A DNA stretch of 64,000 nucleotides from Octopus vulgaris (lineage: Eukaryota). The position numbers and the translations under genes were made by a program. Where the stretch lies: NCBI GenBank assembly GCA_951406725.2, contig OX597814.1, positions 128,526,001-128,590,000 of the forward strand. The letters are read 5' to 3'. Below are positions 37,061-48,214 of this stretch, in pieces. Numbering within the stretch: position 1 is the stretch's first letter; each line of letters starts with the position of its first letter. The notes under the pieces were generated by a model that had not been told where the DNA came from, did no database searches, and saw only the letters and a list, made by a program, of their open reading frames with translations.

Positions 37061-39089
37061 AACAGTGATATATGTGACGTGTTGTATGCACATATACACA
37101 CATGGATGTAGGCTTGGCTAACTGAGTGGTTAAGACAGTCACACCACAACTATGATATCATTGCATGCTATCTTGGGCAAGTATCTTTACTTTAACTTCA
37201 GGTTGATTCAAATTGGATAGATGGAAACTGTAGAAACATATACTTGTAGTTCAAAGAGTCAACTGTGACATTTTGATTTCACCTGAGAATTATATTAAGG
37301 ATACATGTCTGCAGACAACTCACCCATTTTATACAGTAATTCAATGATTAAGTTATTCAGCCAGTCCAACCCATGCCAGCATGGAAAACAGATGAATGAT
37401 GATGATGAATTGATCAGACAACTGGCTGCTCATATATTGAAATTAGCAGGAGAATCCATTATACACACAACTGATGCATATATATGTAAATTGTGCATGT
37501 CAGCTGTGCAAGTATACCTAAATGCATCTGTGTACTTGTGTATGTATACATATATGCATAACTAGCAGCCTTGAATACTTGTGTGTGTGTGTGTGCACGT
37601 TTCATAGAGGAATAACATCAACACTTCAAGACTGGAGGGCTTTGATACCAACCATTTACTTTGGTGCTCTCATTGCTGGAAAGTAATTGAAGATGTAAAG
37701 AAGAAACACATTTGACACCACCAGAAAGCAGAAAAGAGGCTTGCATGAAGATTAATACCTAGTTTTTTTGCAACCAAGCATTCACAAGTCTTGTGCGCAA
37801 CTGAAGTTGCATATAAAAAGTTGTGATGTACAGTAATCAAAGAATCCTTAATTGAAGCAGAAAATGGTCATCATAGAATTCAGTATATCGACTACATGTG
37901 TGTATATATTTAGTGGGCAACATTCACCTCCAAATCAAATTTAATATCCATTAATATTAATCTCCCCTTACGTTAACAGACGTCAATTTCCTGTTACTCA
38001 ATGACCATAACAAATAACCAATATTTTTTTTTTACTTTATTTTACAGTAATTTTCATTCTCTAATAATTTTTGCAACATTCTGTGTTTGCAAAACTTTAA
38101 ACAAATGCTATCTTAGGTATGGAAGGAAATTGATGACATAATATATTATGCACACAACATATTGTAAGAAATGACTAGTAAGGTATACAACAAATTAGAA
38201 GACATATTCTGTTGTGTCTAGGGAGAGTCATTTTCTTTTTGTGCCTTATAATTTAACACACTAGTAAAATTTCCACTTATTTCTTATTTTTATTTTCCTA
38301 AAATTTTCATTGCGTCTTGCAACCTTTTCAATAGTCTCTCAAGAGTCAAGACTATTGAAAAAGTTGCAAGATGCAACAAAATTTTTAGAAAAAGAAACAA
38401 GTGGAAATGTAACGGTGAGTGTGTTAAATTATAAGATACTAAACTCTGCTTGCGAAAACCTGTTGAGGCAAGTGAAATCGAAATCAAAATCAAATTTGAT
38501 GACTGTCATCCGTGCTAGTGGAGCGCTAAGAGTACCATATCAGTGAGATCGGGGCCAGAGCAACAAGCTGGCCTTTGTGCCGATGGTACGTTAAAAACAC
38601 CATCCAAGCGTGATCATTACCTGCGTCGCCTTACTAGCACTTGTGCTGGTGGCACATGAAAAACATTCGAGCGAGGTTGTTGCCAGTGCCGCTAGACTGG
38701 CTCCTGTGCAGGTGGCACATAAAAAGCACCATTTGAGCGTGGCCATTGCCACCTGACTGGCCCTCGTGCCGGTGGTACATAAAAGCATCCACTACACTCT
38801 CGGAGTGGTTGGCATTTGGAAAGGTATCCAGCTGTAGAAACTTTGACAGATCAGATTGGAGCCTGGTGCAGCCCTCTGGCTTGTTAGCCCTCAGTCAAAC
38901 CATCCAACCTATGCCAGCATGGAAAGCCGACATTAAATGACAATGATATATATATATGTGTGTGTGTATACACACACACTTACACGCTACAACAGACAGT
39001 TGAGTCCAGACAGCTACCTGTTAGCTAGCTCCAACATCCAGCGCATGCCAGCATGAAGACCGGTCCCTAAGCGATGATGATGATATGCA

Positions 39090-39319
39090 TATATATAGAT
39101 ACATACATACAGATACATACATACAGATACATATATATATCTATATATATATATATATGTATCTGTATGTATGTATCTATATATATATATATATGTATCT
39201 GTATGTATGTATCTATATATATATATATATCTGTATGTATGTATCTATATATATATATATATATATATCTGTATGTATGTATCTATATATATATATATAT
39301 ATATATCTGTATGTATGTA

Positions 39320-39361
<42 letters not shown>

Positions 39362-39438
39362 TACATACATACAGATACATATATATATATATAGATACAT
39401 ACATACAGATACATATATATATAGATACATACATACAG

Positions 39439-39477
<39 letters not shown>

Positions 39478-39490
39478 TACATACATACAG

Positions 39491-39523
<33 letters not shown>
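39090..39523. repeat. Compound satellite (TA)n / GATACATACATACAGATAC, left flank of the PLE pair
   Basis: Directly visible. The sub-block at ~39158-39323 is in the opposite orientation. Confidence 0.95.
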
Positions 39524-39526
<3 letters not shown>

Positions 39527-42038
39527 ATAAAACGGTAAGATAACAAAAGAAAGAAAGAGACCTCAATATTATGTAAATAGAGGAAATTTATCTATACAAT
39601 ATGTTACATTACTCGGTAGTCAAGATAAAACTCTGAGTTTCAGATGCCGAAGTGGAAATCCACAACACCATCTCTTCGGTTATCTGGCTATTTGAAAACG
39701 TTATGAAAAAATACCGTTAAAAATGAAGGGAAATTACTCTGTTATAACTCTGCTTTGCCTGCGTACTTATACATCGCTCGCATTTTTCGTCATAAAAATT
39801 ATATAAAAATACATAAAAATATATAAAAATATATAAAATCTTCTTGGGACATAACACAGAAAACATGTTCTATCCGTTTTCTTTAGGGGACCAAAAACGT
39901 AACAGAAATTTAGTCACATGTGGGCATGATCCGAAAAGCTCTGTCCTTGTATTTAGACATGTGGTAGGGTCTAAGCTGCTTTTCCAGATAAGCCATCTCT
40001 CCATGTCGCATAAACCGCACCTTCCGCTGCCGTTAGTATAGGGCTTACATCTGGCCAAAATCTTCCATTGTATGTTATAATCAACACCTTTATCTCTTAA
40101 AGACCAAATATGATTGGATAATTGTGTCGCTTTTCTTTTGTTCCAGTGCCTAAAGCTCAAAGTGTGGTTATTGAACCTGGCCTTGAAATTACCCTCTGTC
40201 AGGCCCACGTATTTCTTCGTCGAAACGGTGTCTTTAGTGGTTATAGAGTTTACGGTAGCTTCATATATGATGGTCTTGGACATGCAAGCTCCATTTAGCG
40301 GGCACAATTCTTTATTCCTGCATGAACAGCTGTTTTCTTCTTGTGTTTTTTGTATGTTATGATTGATTATGTTTTTAAAATTAGTAGTTGAACTAAAACT
40401 AATTTTTAAATTGTGTCTATTGAAGAGTTTCCTATAAGCATGGTTAACTGGAAAATGTCTATCTATCAGTGCTAGGAAATATTTACCTATATTGAAGGCC
40501 ACCTCGGGTGAGTAAGGGGGCGTAAACCAGATGACCTTCCTATTTCTATTATTCCTTTTCCTTATTGTTGGGCTGGTGATAGGTGTATATTTTATTTTTT
40601 CGCTAAAACCACTATCTTTTAAAGCTTTATTATAAACTGGGGCAACGCTATTGAAGATGTCCTCATTAGATGAGAGGCTAGAAATCCTCTTACTAATATT
40701 TTTAACTAAATTTTTGAATACTATAGGGGGATGGCATGAACCTACATTAATATAACTTAGTCTATCATTGGGCTTCCTATAAGGCTTATAAATATTATTA
40801 TTAAGATCTAAGGAAACGTCTAAGAAATTGACAACCGTCAGGTTAGTGTCTATAGTTATACTAAGTCCGAAGTGTTTCATTAACTGGATAATATCCTTCC
40901 TAAAACGATCTTGTGCTGGTCCATTTGTATTAGCTGTTAAGGCGAGGGCATCATCTTTGTAGATGGCGAAATGTACGTTAGGGAATGTCTTACCGAAGGT
41001 ATCTAGGAGAAAGAGTCCAATTAGATCACAGATGCCTGCCCCATCATATGAACCCATGCTCACATCGAAAGCGCCCTCCGTGTCGGTGTTTTTACCCACT
41101 TTGCATTCTCACTGAAAAGTAATGTCTTTCTAGCATGGAAGATTATATCCTTATCATTGGTACTAATTTCTATGAAGTCACTAGCGAAGATTAGGGCTTT
41201 ATCTAGCAGTTCTTTAGAGATAGAGGCATAAAAATCAACAATATCGAATTGTGTAAACCTCGCTTTTTCTTATTCTTAATAGCTTTAAACCAGTCTACGA
41301 CTTCTATACTATTGGACCATTGCACTAGCCTAGTATCGGTCTTAATTTTCGTATTTATTTTATCTAAAATTTCTTTGCTAATAATCCCTAGTTCTGACTT
41401 GGCTGGGTTGATAAGCCTACATTTAGGATTGGAAAGGAAGTTTTCTTTGTGGTCTTTAATAGTAATAAAGGCCTCTTTTTGGGGGGAGGGTTTCTATTTT
41501 TTTATCTAATTTAAGTTTAGCGGCGATGACGCTAGCTTCTTTATTAATTTCGTTATATGTCTGTGCCCTAGCCTTAGTATAATTATTAATGATGCTGTTG
41601 TGTAAGAGTTGTGTGTATTTGCTGTTATCTACCAGGTATAAGTTCTTGGTTTTATCCGAAAAAAGTGCTTTTTTCTTGGAGCTTTTTATATGATCAATAT
41701 CTTTTTTCAATTTATGTTGGAAATTGTTAAAAGACTTACGAAACTTTATTTTGCTCATGATCTTCAGCAGGTCCGCTTCGAAATCTTCCAAGCCTTTAAT
41801 CCTAGGAGGGAATTTTTTGGATTTTATCCGATAGCAAATGTTTTCCTTGGTGTTCGCTTCTGTGTCAAAAAAGAAAGCCTTCCATCTCATACGCTTAATT
41901 ACATCAGTAATTTTTTGCAGAAGTTTCTTAGAGTAAAAATCCTTTGATGGGATCGGTATATTTTTCATAGAATAATCTATGTGATATGCGTCCATATTAG
42001 ATTCTTTTGTTTGTGAGAGTCCTCAACCGATGTTAGGC
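39524..42038 (-). mobile_element. Penelope-like retroelement (RT + C-terminal GIY-YIG endonuclease, Hydra-clade-like), left copy of inverted pair
   Basis: ORF pieces 41995-41456 and 41099-39870 encode YSMKNIPIP/KRMRWKAFFF, RT motifs (MGSYDGA..CDLIG, YKDD, NFLDVSL, YRKP), a CxCx5Cx5C linker and GIY-YIG motifs (IIY..YVG..KARFNNH..H..CxxC..LN). Frameshifts occur only at homopolymers. The 3' end abuts (TA)n. Confidence 0.92.
39623..39685 (-). ncRNA. Mirror copy of the hammerhead-like motif in the left PLE
   Basis: Exact reverse complement of 44434-44496. Confidence 0.6.
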
Positions 42039-42073
42039 CGTATTAGCTCTTAGTTGAGAATAACGGGATTATC

Positions 42074-44530
42074 GCCTAACATCGGTTGAGGACTCTCACA
42101 AACAAAAGAATCTAATATGGACGCATATCACATAGATTATTCTATGAAAAATATACCGATCCCATCAAAGGATTTTTACTCTAAGAAACTTCTGCAAAAA
42201 ATTACTGATGTAATTAAGCGTATGAGATGGAAGGCTTTCTTTTTTTGACACAGAAGCGAACACCAAGGAAAACATTTGCTATCGGATAAAATCCAAAAAA
42301 TTCCCTCCTAGGATTAAAGGCTTGGAAGATTTCGAAGCGGACCTGCTGAAGATCATGAGCAAAATAAAGTTTCGTAAGTCTTTTAACAATTTCCAACATA
42401 AATTGAAAAAAGATATTGATCATATAAAAAGCTCCAAGAAAAAGCACTTTTTTCGGATAAAACCAAGAACTTATACCTGGTAGATAACAGCAAATACACA
42501 CAACTCTTACACAACAGCATCATTAATAATTATACTAAGGCTAGGGCACAGACATATAACGAAATTAATAAAGAAGCTAGCGTCATCGCCGCTAAACTTA
42601 AATTAGATAAAAAAATAGAAACCCTCCCCCAAAAAGAGGCCTTTATTACTATTAAAGACCACAAAGAAAACTTCCTTTCCAATCCTAAATGTAGGCTTAT
42701 CAACCCAGCCAAGTCAGAACTAGGGATTATTAGCAAAGAAATTTTAGATAAAATAAATACGAAAATTAAGACCGATAGGCTAGTGCAATGGTCCAATAGT
42801 ATAGAAGTCGTAGACTGGTTTAAAGCTATTAAGAATAAGAAAAAAGCGAGGTTTACACAATTCGATATTGTTGATTTTTATGCCTCTATCTCTAAAGAAC
42901 TGCTAGATAAAGCCCTAATCTTCGCTAGTGACTTCATAGAAATTAGTACCAATGATAAGGATATAATCTTCCATGCTAGAAAGACATTACTTTTCAGTGA
43001 GAATGCAAAGTGGGTAAAAAACACCGACACGGAGGGCGCTTTCGATGTGAGCATGGGTTCATATGATGGGGCAGGCATCTGTGATCTAATTGGACTCTTT
43101 CTCCTAGATACCTTCGGTAAGACATTCCCTAACGTACATTTCGCCATCTACAAAGATGATGCCCTCGCCTTAACAGCTAATACAAATGGACCAGCACAAG
43201 ATCGTTTTAGGAAGGATATTATCCAGTTAATGAAACACTTCGGACTTAGTATAACTATAGACACTAACCTGACGGTTGTCAATTTCTTAGACGTTTCCTT
43301 AGATCTTAATAATAATATTTATAAGCCTTATAGGAAGCCCAATGATAGACTAAGTTATATTAATGTAGGTTCATGCCATCCCCCTATAGTATTCAAAAAT
43401 TTAGTTAAAAATATTAGTAAGAGGATTTCTAGCCTCTCATCTAATGAGGACATCTTCAATAGCGTTGCCCCAGTTTATAATAAAGCTTTAAAAGATAGTG
43501 GTTTTAGCGAAAAAATAAAATATACACCTATCACCAGCCCAACAATAAGGAAAAGGAATAATAGAAATAGGAAGGTCATCTGGTTTACGCCCCTTACTCA
43601 CCCGAGGTGGCCTTCAATATAGGTAAATATTTCCTAGCACTGATAGATAGACATTTTCCAGTTAACCATGCTTATAGGAAACTCTTCAATAGACACAATT
43701 TAAAAATTAGTTTTAGTTCAACTACTAATTTTAAAAACATAATCAATCATAACATACAAAAAACACAAGAAGAAAACAGCTGTTCATGCAGGAATAAAGA
43801 ATTGTGCCCGCTAAATGGAGCTTGCATGTCCAAGACCATCATATATGAAGCTACCGTAAACTCTATAACCACTAAAGACACCGTTTCGACGAAGAAATAC
43901 GTGGGCCTGACAGAGGGTAATTTCAAGGCCAGGTTCAATAACCACACTTTGAGCTTTAGGCACTGGAACAAAAGAAAAGCGACACAATTATCCAATCATA
44001 TTTGGTCTTTAAGAGATAAAGGTGTTGATTATAACATACAATGGAAGATTTTGGCCAGATGTAAGCCCTATACTAACGGCAGCGGAAGGTGCGGTTTATG
44101 CGACATGGAGAGATGGCTTATCTGGAAAAGCAGCTTAGACCCTACCACATGTCTAAATACAAGGACAGAGCTTTTCGGATCATGCCCACATGTGACTAAA
44201 TTTCTGTTACGTTTTTGGTCCCCTAAAGAAAACGGATAGAACATGTTTTCTGTGTTATGTCCCAAGAAGATTTTATATATTTTTATATATTTTTATATAT
44301 TTTTATGTATTTTTATATAATTTTTATGACGAAAAATGCGAGCGATGTATAAGTACGCAGGCAAAGCAGAGTTATAACAGAGTAATTTCCCTTCATTTTT
44401 AACGGTATTTTTTCATAACGTTTTCAAATAGCCAGATAACCGAAGAGATGGTGTTGTGGATTTCCACTTCGGCATCTGAAACTCAGAGTTTTATCTTGAC
44501 TACCGAGTAATGTAACATATTGTATAGATA
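42074..44530 (+). mobile_element. Penelope-like retroelement, right copy of inverted pair (ATG 42117, stop 44239)
   Basis: Reverse complement of 39589-42038. ORF pieces 42783-43622 (FDIVDFYASI, YKDD) and 43607-44239 (GIY-YIG). Lacks the last ~65 nt present on the left copy. Confidence 0.92.
44434..44496 (+). ncRNA. Type I hammerhead ribozyme-like motif (variant core) in the PLE 3' region
   Basis: AGATAA-CCGAAGA-GATG..CATC-T-GAAACTCAGAGTT-TTATCT: stem I AGATAA/TTATCT, core CCGAAGA...GAAA, stem III ACTC/GAGT, GUU triplet ending at 44490. Deviations from consensus are U4C and one extra U before G12. Confidence 0.6.
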
Positions 44531-44607
44531 TATATATATATATATAGATACATACATACATACAGATACATATATATATATATATATATATATAGATACA
44601 TACATAC

Positions 44608-44646
<39 letters not shown>

Positions 44647-44701
44647 TACATACATACAGATACATATATATATATATATATATATAGATACATACATACA
44701 G

Positions 44702-44737
<36 letters not shown>

Positions 44738-44794
44738 TACATACATACAGATACATATATATATATATATATATAGATACATACATACAGATAC

Positions 44795-44830
<36 letters not shown>

Positions 44831-44843
44831 TACATACATACAG

Positions 44844-44874
<31 letters not shown>

Positions 44875-44929
44875 GATACATACATACAGATACATATATA
44901 TATATATATATATATATAGATACATACAT

Positions 44930-44963
<34 letters not shown>

Positions 44964-44974
44964 TACATACATAC

Positions 44975-45009
<35 letters not shown>

Positions 45010-45022
45010 TACATACATACAG

Positions 45023-45056
<34 letters not shown>

Positions 45057-45069
45057 TATACATACATAT

Positions 45070-45118
<49 letters not shown>

Positions 45119-45127
45119 CATACATAC
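44531..45127. repeat. Compound satellite (TA)n / GATACATACATACAGATAC, right flank of the PLE pair
   Basis: Directly visible. Same unit and orientation as 39359-39495. Confidence 0.95.
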
Positions 45128-46421
45128 AAACCCACACACTACTTCAACAGGTCTATCAAGTGACCCTGTGCACAAAGGAAGAAATACCATTATGGTGGTG
45201 ACCAAAAAAAGGTAAAAAAAAAAAAAAATGTTGATCCATGTGTTTTCCTACATCTTGCTTGAGACTTTGCCCTTCATTCTTCAGAGATCGATAAAATTTA
45301 ATACCAATACTATATGAGGGTTGAAATCAATCATTTGTATCCCAGCCCTACAGAAGTTGGCTTTGAGCCTAGCCTTAAAAAAAAATCAATATTTATTAAT
45401 AACAGCACAACCATTACTCTCCCCATCTCACTGACCTACTAATCTGCACATCGATTATTACAAGAATAAATTTAACAGACCGAAATATATACACGAACGT
45501 TTTCAAATTCATTGCTAACCTGTTTTGTCGAAGACAATGTAAAAGGCATAAATTTAAGTCTCAAAGACAATCAAGCCTTTAAGCAAGAATAGTTCAGTAA
45601 GTGACAGAAATGGTAGTGCCAAATGAATTTACCGTCTGCTTTCCATGCTGGCATGGGTTGGACGATTTGACTGAGGGCTGGCGAACCAGATGGCTGCACC
45701 TGGCTCCAATCTTGATCTGGCAGAGTTTCTACAGCTGGATGCCCTTCCTAACACCAACCACTCCGAGAGTGTAGTGGGTGCTTTTATGTGCCACCGGCAT
45801 GGGGGCCAGTCAGGTGGTACTGGCAACTACCTCGCTCGAATGTTTTTACATGTGCCAGTAAGGCAATGCTGGTAATGATCACGCTCTAATGGTACCTTTT
45901 ACGTGCCACCAGCACGGAAGCGAGTTAGCCACTCAGGCAACGATCACACTCGGATGGTGCTCTTAGTACCCTACTAGCACGGGACACAAGTGCCAGTAAG
46001 GCGACGCTTGTAGCGATCACACTCGAATGGTGCCTTTTGCAATGTAGTGAGTACAAATTCTGGTAGGTTCAAATTTTCCTTCCAGCCATCTGGGTTTCAT
46101 AAAAACACACACACAAAAAAAGTATCAGTAATATACTAGTTTAACTTAACCAACCATACAACATCATCGTCATTTAATGTCCATTTTTCCATGCTTGGAA
46201 CTTTTTGAGTCAGATTTTTTGCAGCTAGATACCCTTACGGTTGTTAATCCTCACCTGTTTCTAAGCGAGGTAAGATTTTACTCTGTCCAGACATGATTTT
46301 CATAGAGACTGGTAATGAACAATCTTACTTGTAGGACATTGATGTTCAATGCAACCATCAAATGTCTGAACAAGGGGATGCACAAACACACATACACATG
46401 CGACAGGTTTTATTTAGTTTT

Positions 46422-46653
46422 AGGGTGGTGAGCTGGCAGAATAGTTAGCACACCGGCTGAAATGCTGAGTGGTATTTCGTCTGCCATTACGTTCTGAGTT
46501 CAAATTCCGCTGAGGTCGACTTTGCCTTTCATCCTTTCGGGGTCGATTAAATAAGTACCAGTTACGCACTGAGGTTGATATAATCGACTTAATCCGTTTG
46601 TCTGTCCATCTTTGTCCTCTCTATGTTTAGCCCCTTGTGGGTAGTAAAGAAAT
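46422..46653 (+). mobile_element. SINE family C with a perfect 17-bp TSD
   Basis: TSD aggttttatttagtttt at 46405-46421 and 46654-46670. Inserted in an older SINE. Confidence 0.85.
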
Positions 46654-47983
46654 AGGTTTTATTTAGTTTTTGCCTACCAAATCCCCTCACAAGGCTTTTG
46701 TTGGTCTAAGGTGCCATACAGCAGGACTGAACTCACTTCCTTAAAGATTAGTGGCCTAAGGCAAAAATTATACTGCAACATATTACCAAGCCCAGGTAAA
46801 GAAATTGTAAAATAAAGAGTGTACGTACTCTTCTTGTTTTATCACAGCTCATTATCAGTAGCAAGAGGAAACACAATGTGCTGCTGGCTAACTAACTTTG
46901 ACAGGTTTGGTGGCAATGTACTGATTAGGTTGGCCTAGATCAGAAGATAATGGTTAATGGCTTCCTTAATGTTTTTTCTCTTTGATAGTGAAAAGGGAAG
47001 TAGTTGAGGGGAGGGGGAAAATAAACAGAGGAACCATTGCAGATTACATACATGAAAAATGAAAAGAAAAAAAGAAGGGTAAGGAGTAGAAGAAAGTAAT
47101 GTATGGAGAAAATGAAGTAGAATAGTTTAAGAAAGGTCTTTTTAGTGCATAGTGTTATGATAAAAGTTGCAGACAAAATGTACCAGGAGCCATATATTTT
47201 TGTTGCAACACCATTGTTGAGTATTTAATCAAGATCTGCTTGTTTATTTTAAATTATTGTGCTGAGCTACCATCACTCCATCAGGTGCCACTGTTTTACT
47301 GTTTGGTCATGGTTGTTTGCTTGCTTATTTGTTCTGCTGAATCATAGAAAAAAAAAAAAGCTAGGAAATTTTTATAATTCTCTCTCTTTTTTTTATTTTT
47401 TTTTACGAAAGTAGAGTAATGACTGTTGATTTATTAGTAAATTGCGTGAACATTAAACATATAGCAGCCCTGCTCTTATACATTGAAGTTATGGTTATAT
47501 GAAATGCAAATCAATTGAATAAAATACAAAATGCAATAGAAATAAATTGAGAGAAGGTGAAGTAGGAATTATACTAATAATTTGCTTAGTTAATCAAGCA
47601 ATGTATGATTTCATCAATGGCTAGTGTAGCAAAGAAGGGTAATTATAGAGGTAAAAGATTTGAAAGTTGGTTTGGTTGTATGATTAGCCGAGATGTAATG
47701 CAGTGTGGATTTGTACTACAATGTAAAACCATAGATGTCATATTTCTAGAAAGACAACTGTAAAGAAACTACTCTTTGACATTTGGTGCCTTGGAGAGGC
47801 CTTCAACTGAAGCCCACACTCCACAACTTGATGGGTCCAAAGAAAAATTGTTATGTAGATGAATGATTTGTAACAGCTGTTCAAGTAAAATATGGTGTAA
47901 ATCAATTTAGGTTTAATGGAAGAGTTTGTAAATATGTGAGTGTTCACCAGAGATCTGTTTGCTATACAACAGTATTTATTATA

Positions 47984-48214
47984 TATTTCTTTACTACCCA
48001 CAAGGGGCTAAATACAGAGGGGACAAACAAGGACAGACAAACGGATTAAGTCGATTACATCGACCCCAGTGCATAACTGGTACTTAATTTATCGACCCCG
48101 AAAGGATGAAAGGCAAAGTCGACCTCAGCGGAATTTGAACTCAGAATGTAGCGGCAGACAAAATACGGTTACGCATTTCGTCCGGCATGCTAACGTTCAT
48201 GCCAGCTCGCCGCC
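47984..48214 (-). mobile_element. SINE family C
   Basis: Reverse-complement homolog of 46422-46653. Other copies at ~7470-7692(+) and 5560-5785(-), with decayed copies around 50390-51060. Confidence 0.8.

Noticed and set aside
39074-39566. Several YI/IY-rich ORFs (also 44424-45205)
   Set aside because: These are translations of (TA)n compound microsatellite, not proteins.
42039-42073. Palindrome spacer as a leftover sequencing adapter (fold-back read artefact)
   Set aside because: It does not resemble the SMRTbell hairpin adapter as I recall it. The mirror symmetry also stops at the element ends, with different unique flanks and same-orientation satellite on both sides. Not fully excluded without reads.
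42117-44239. Selenocysteine recoding as described for some Naiad PLEs
   Set aside because: The ORF breaks are frameshifts, not in-frame TGA codons, and the domain order is RT then EN rather than the Naiad EN-RT.
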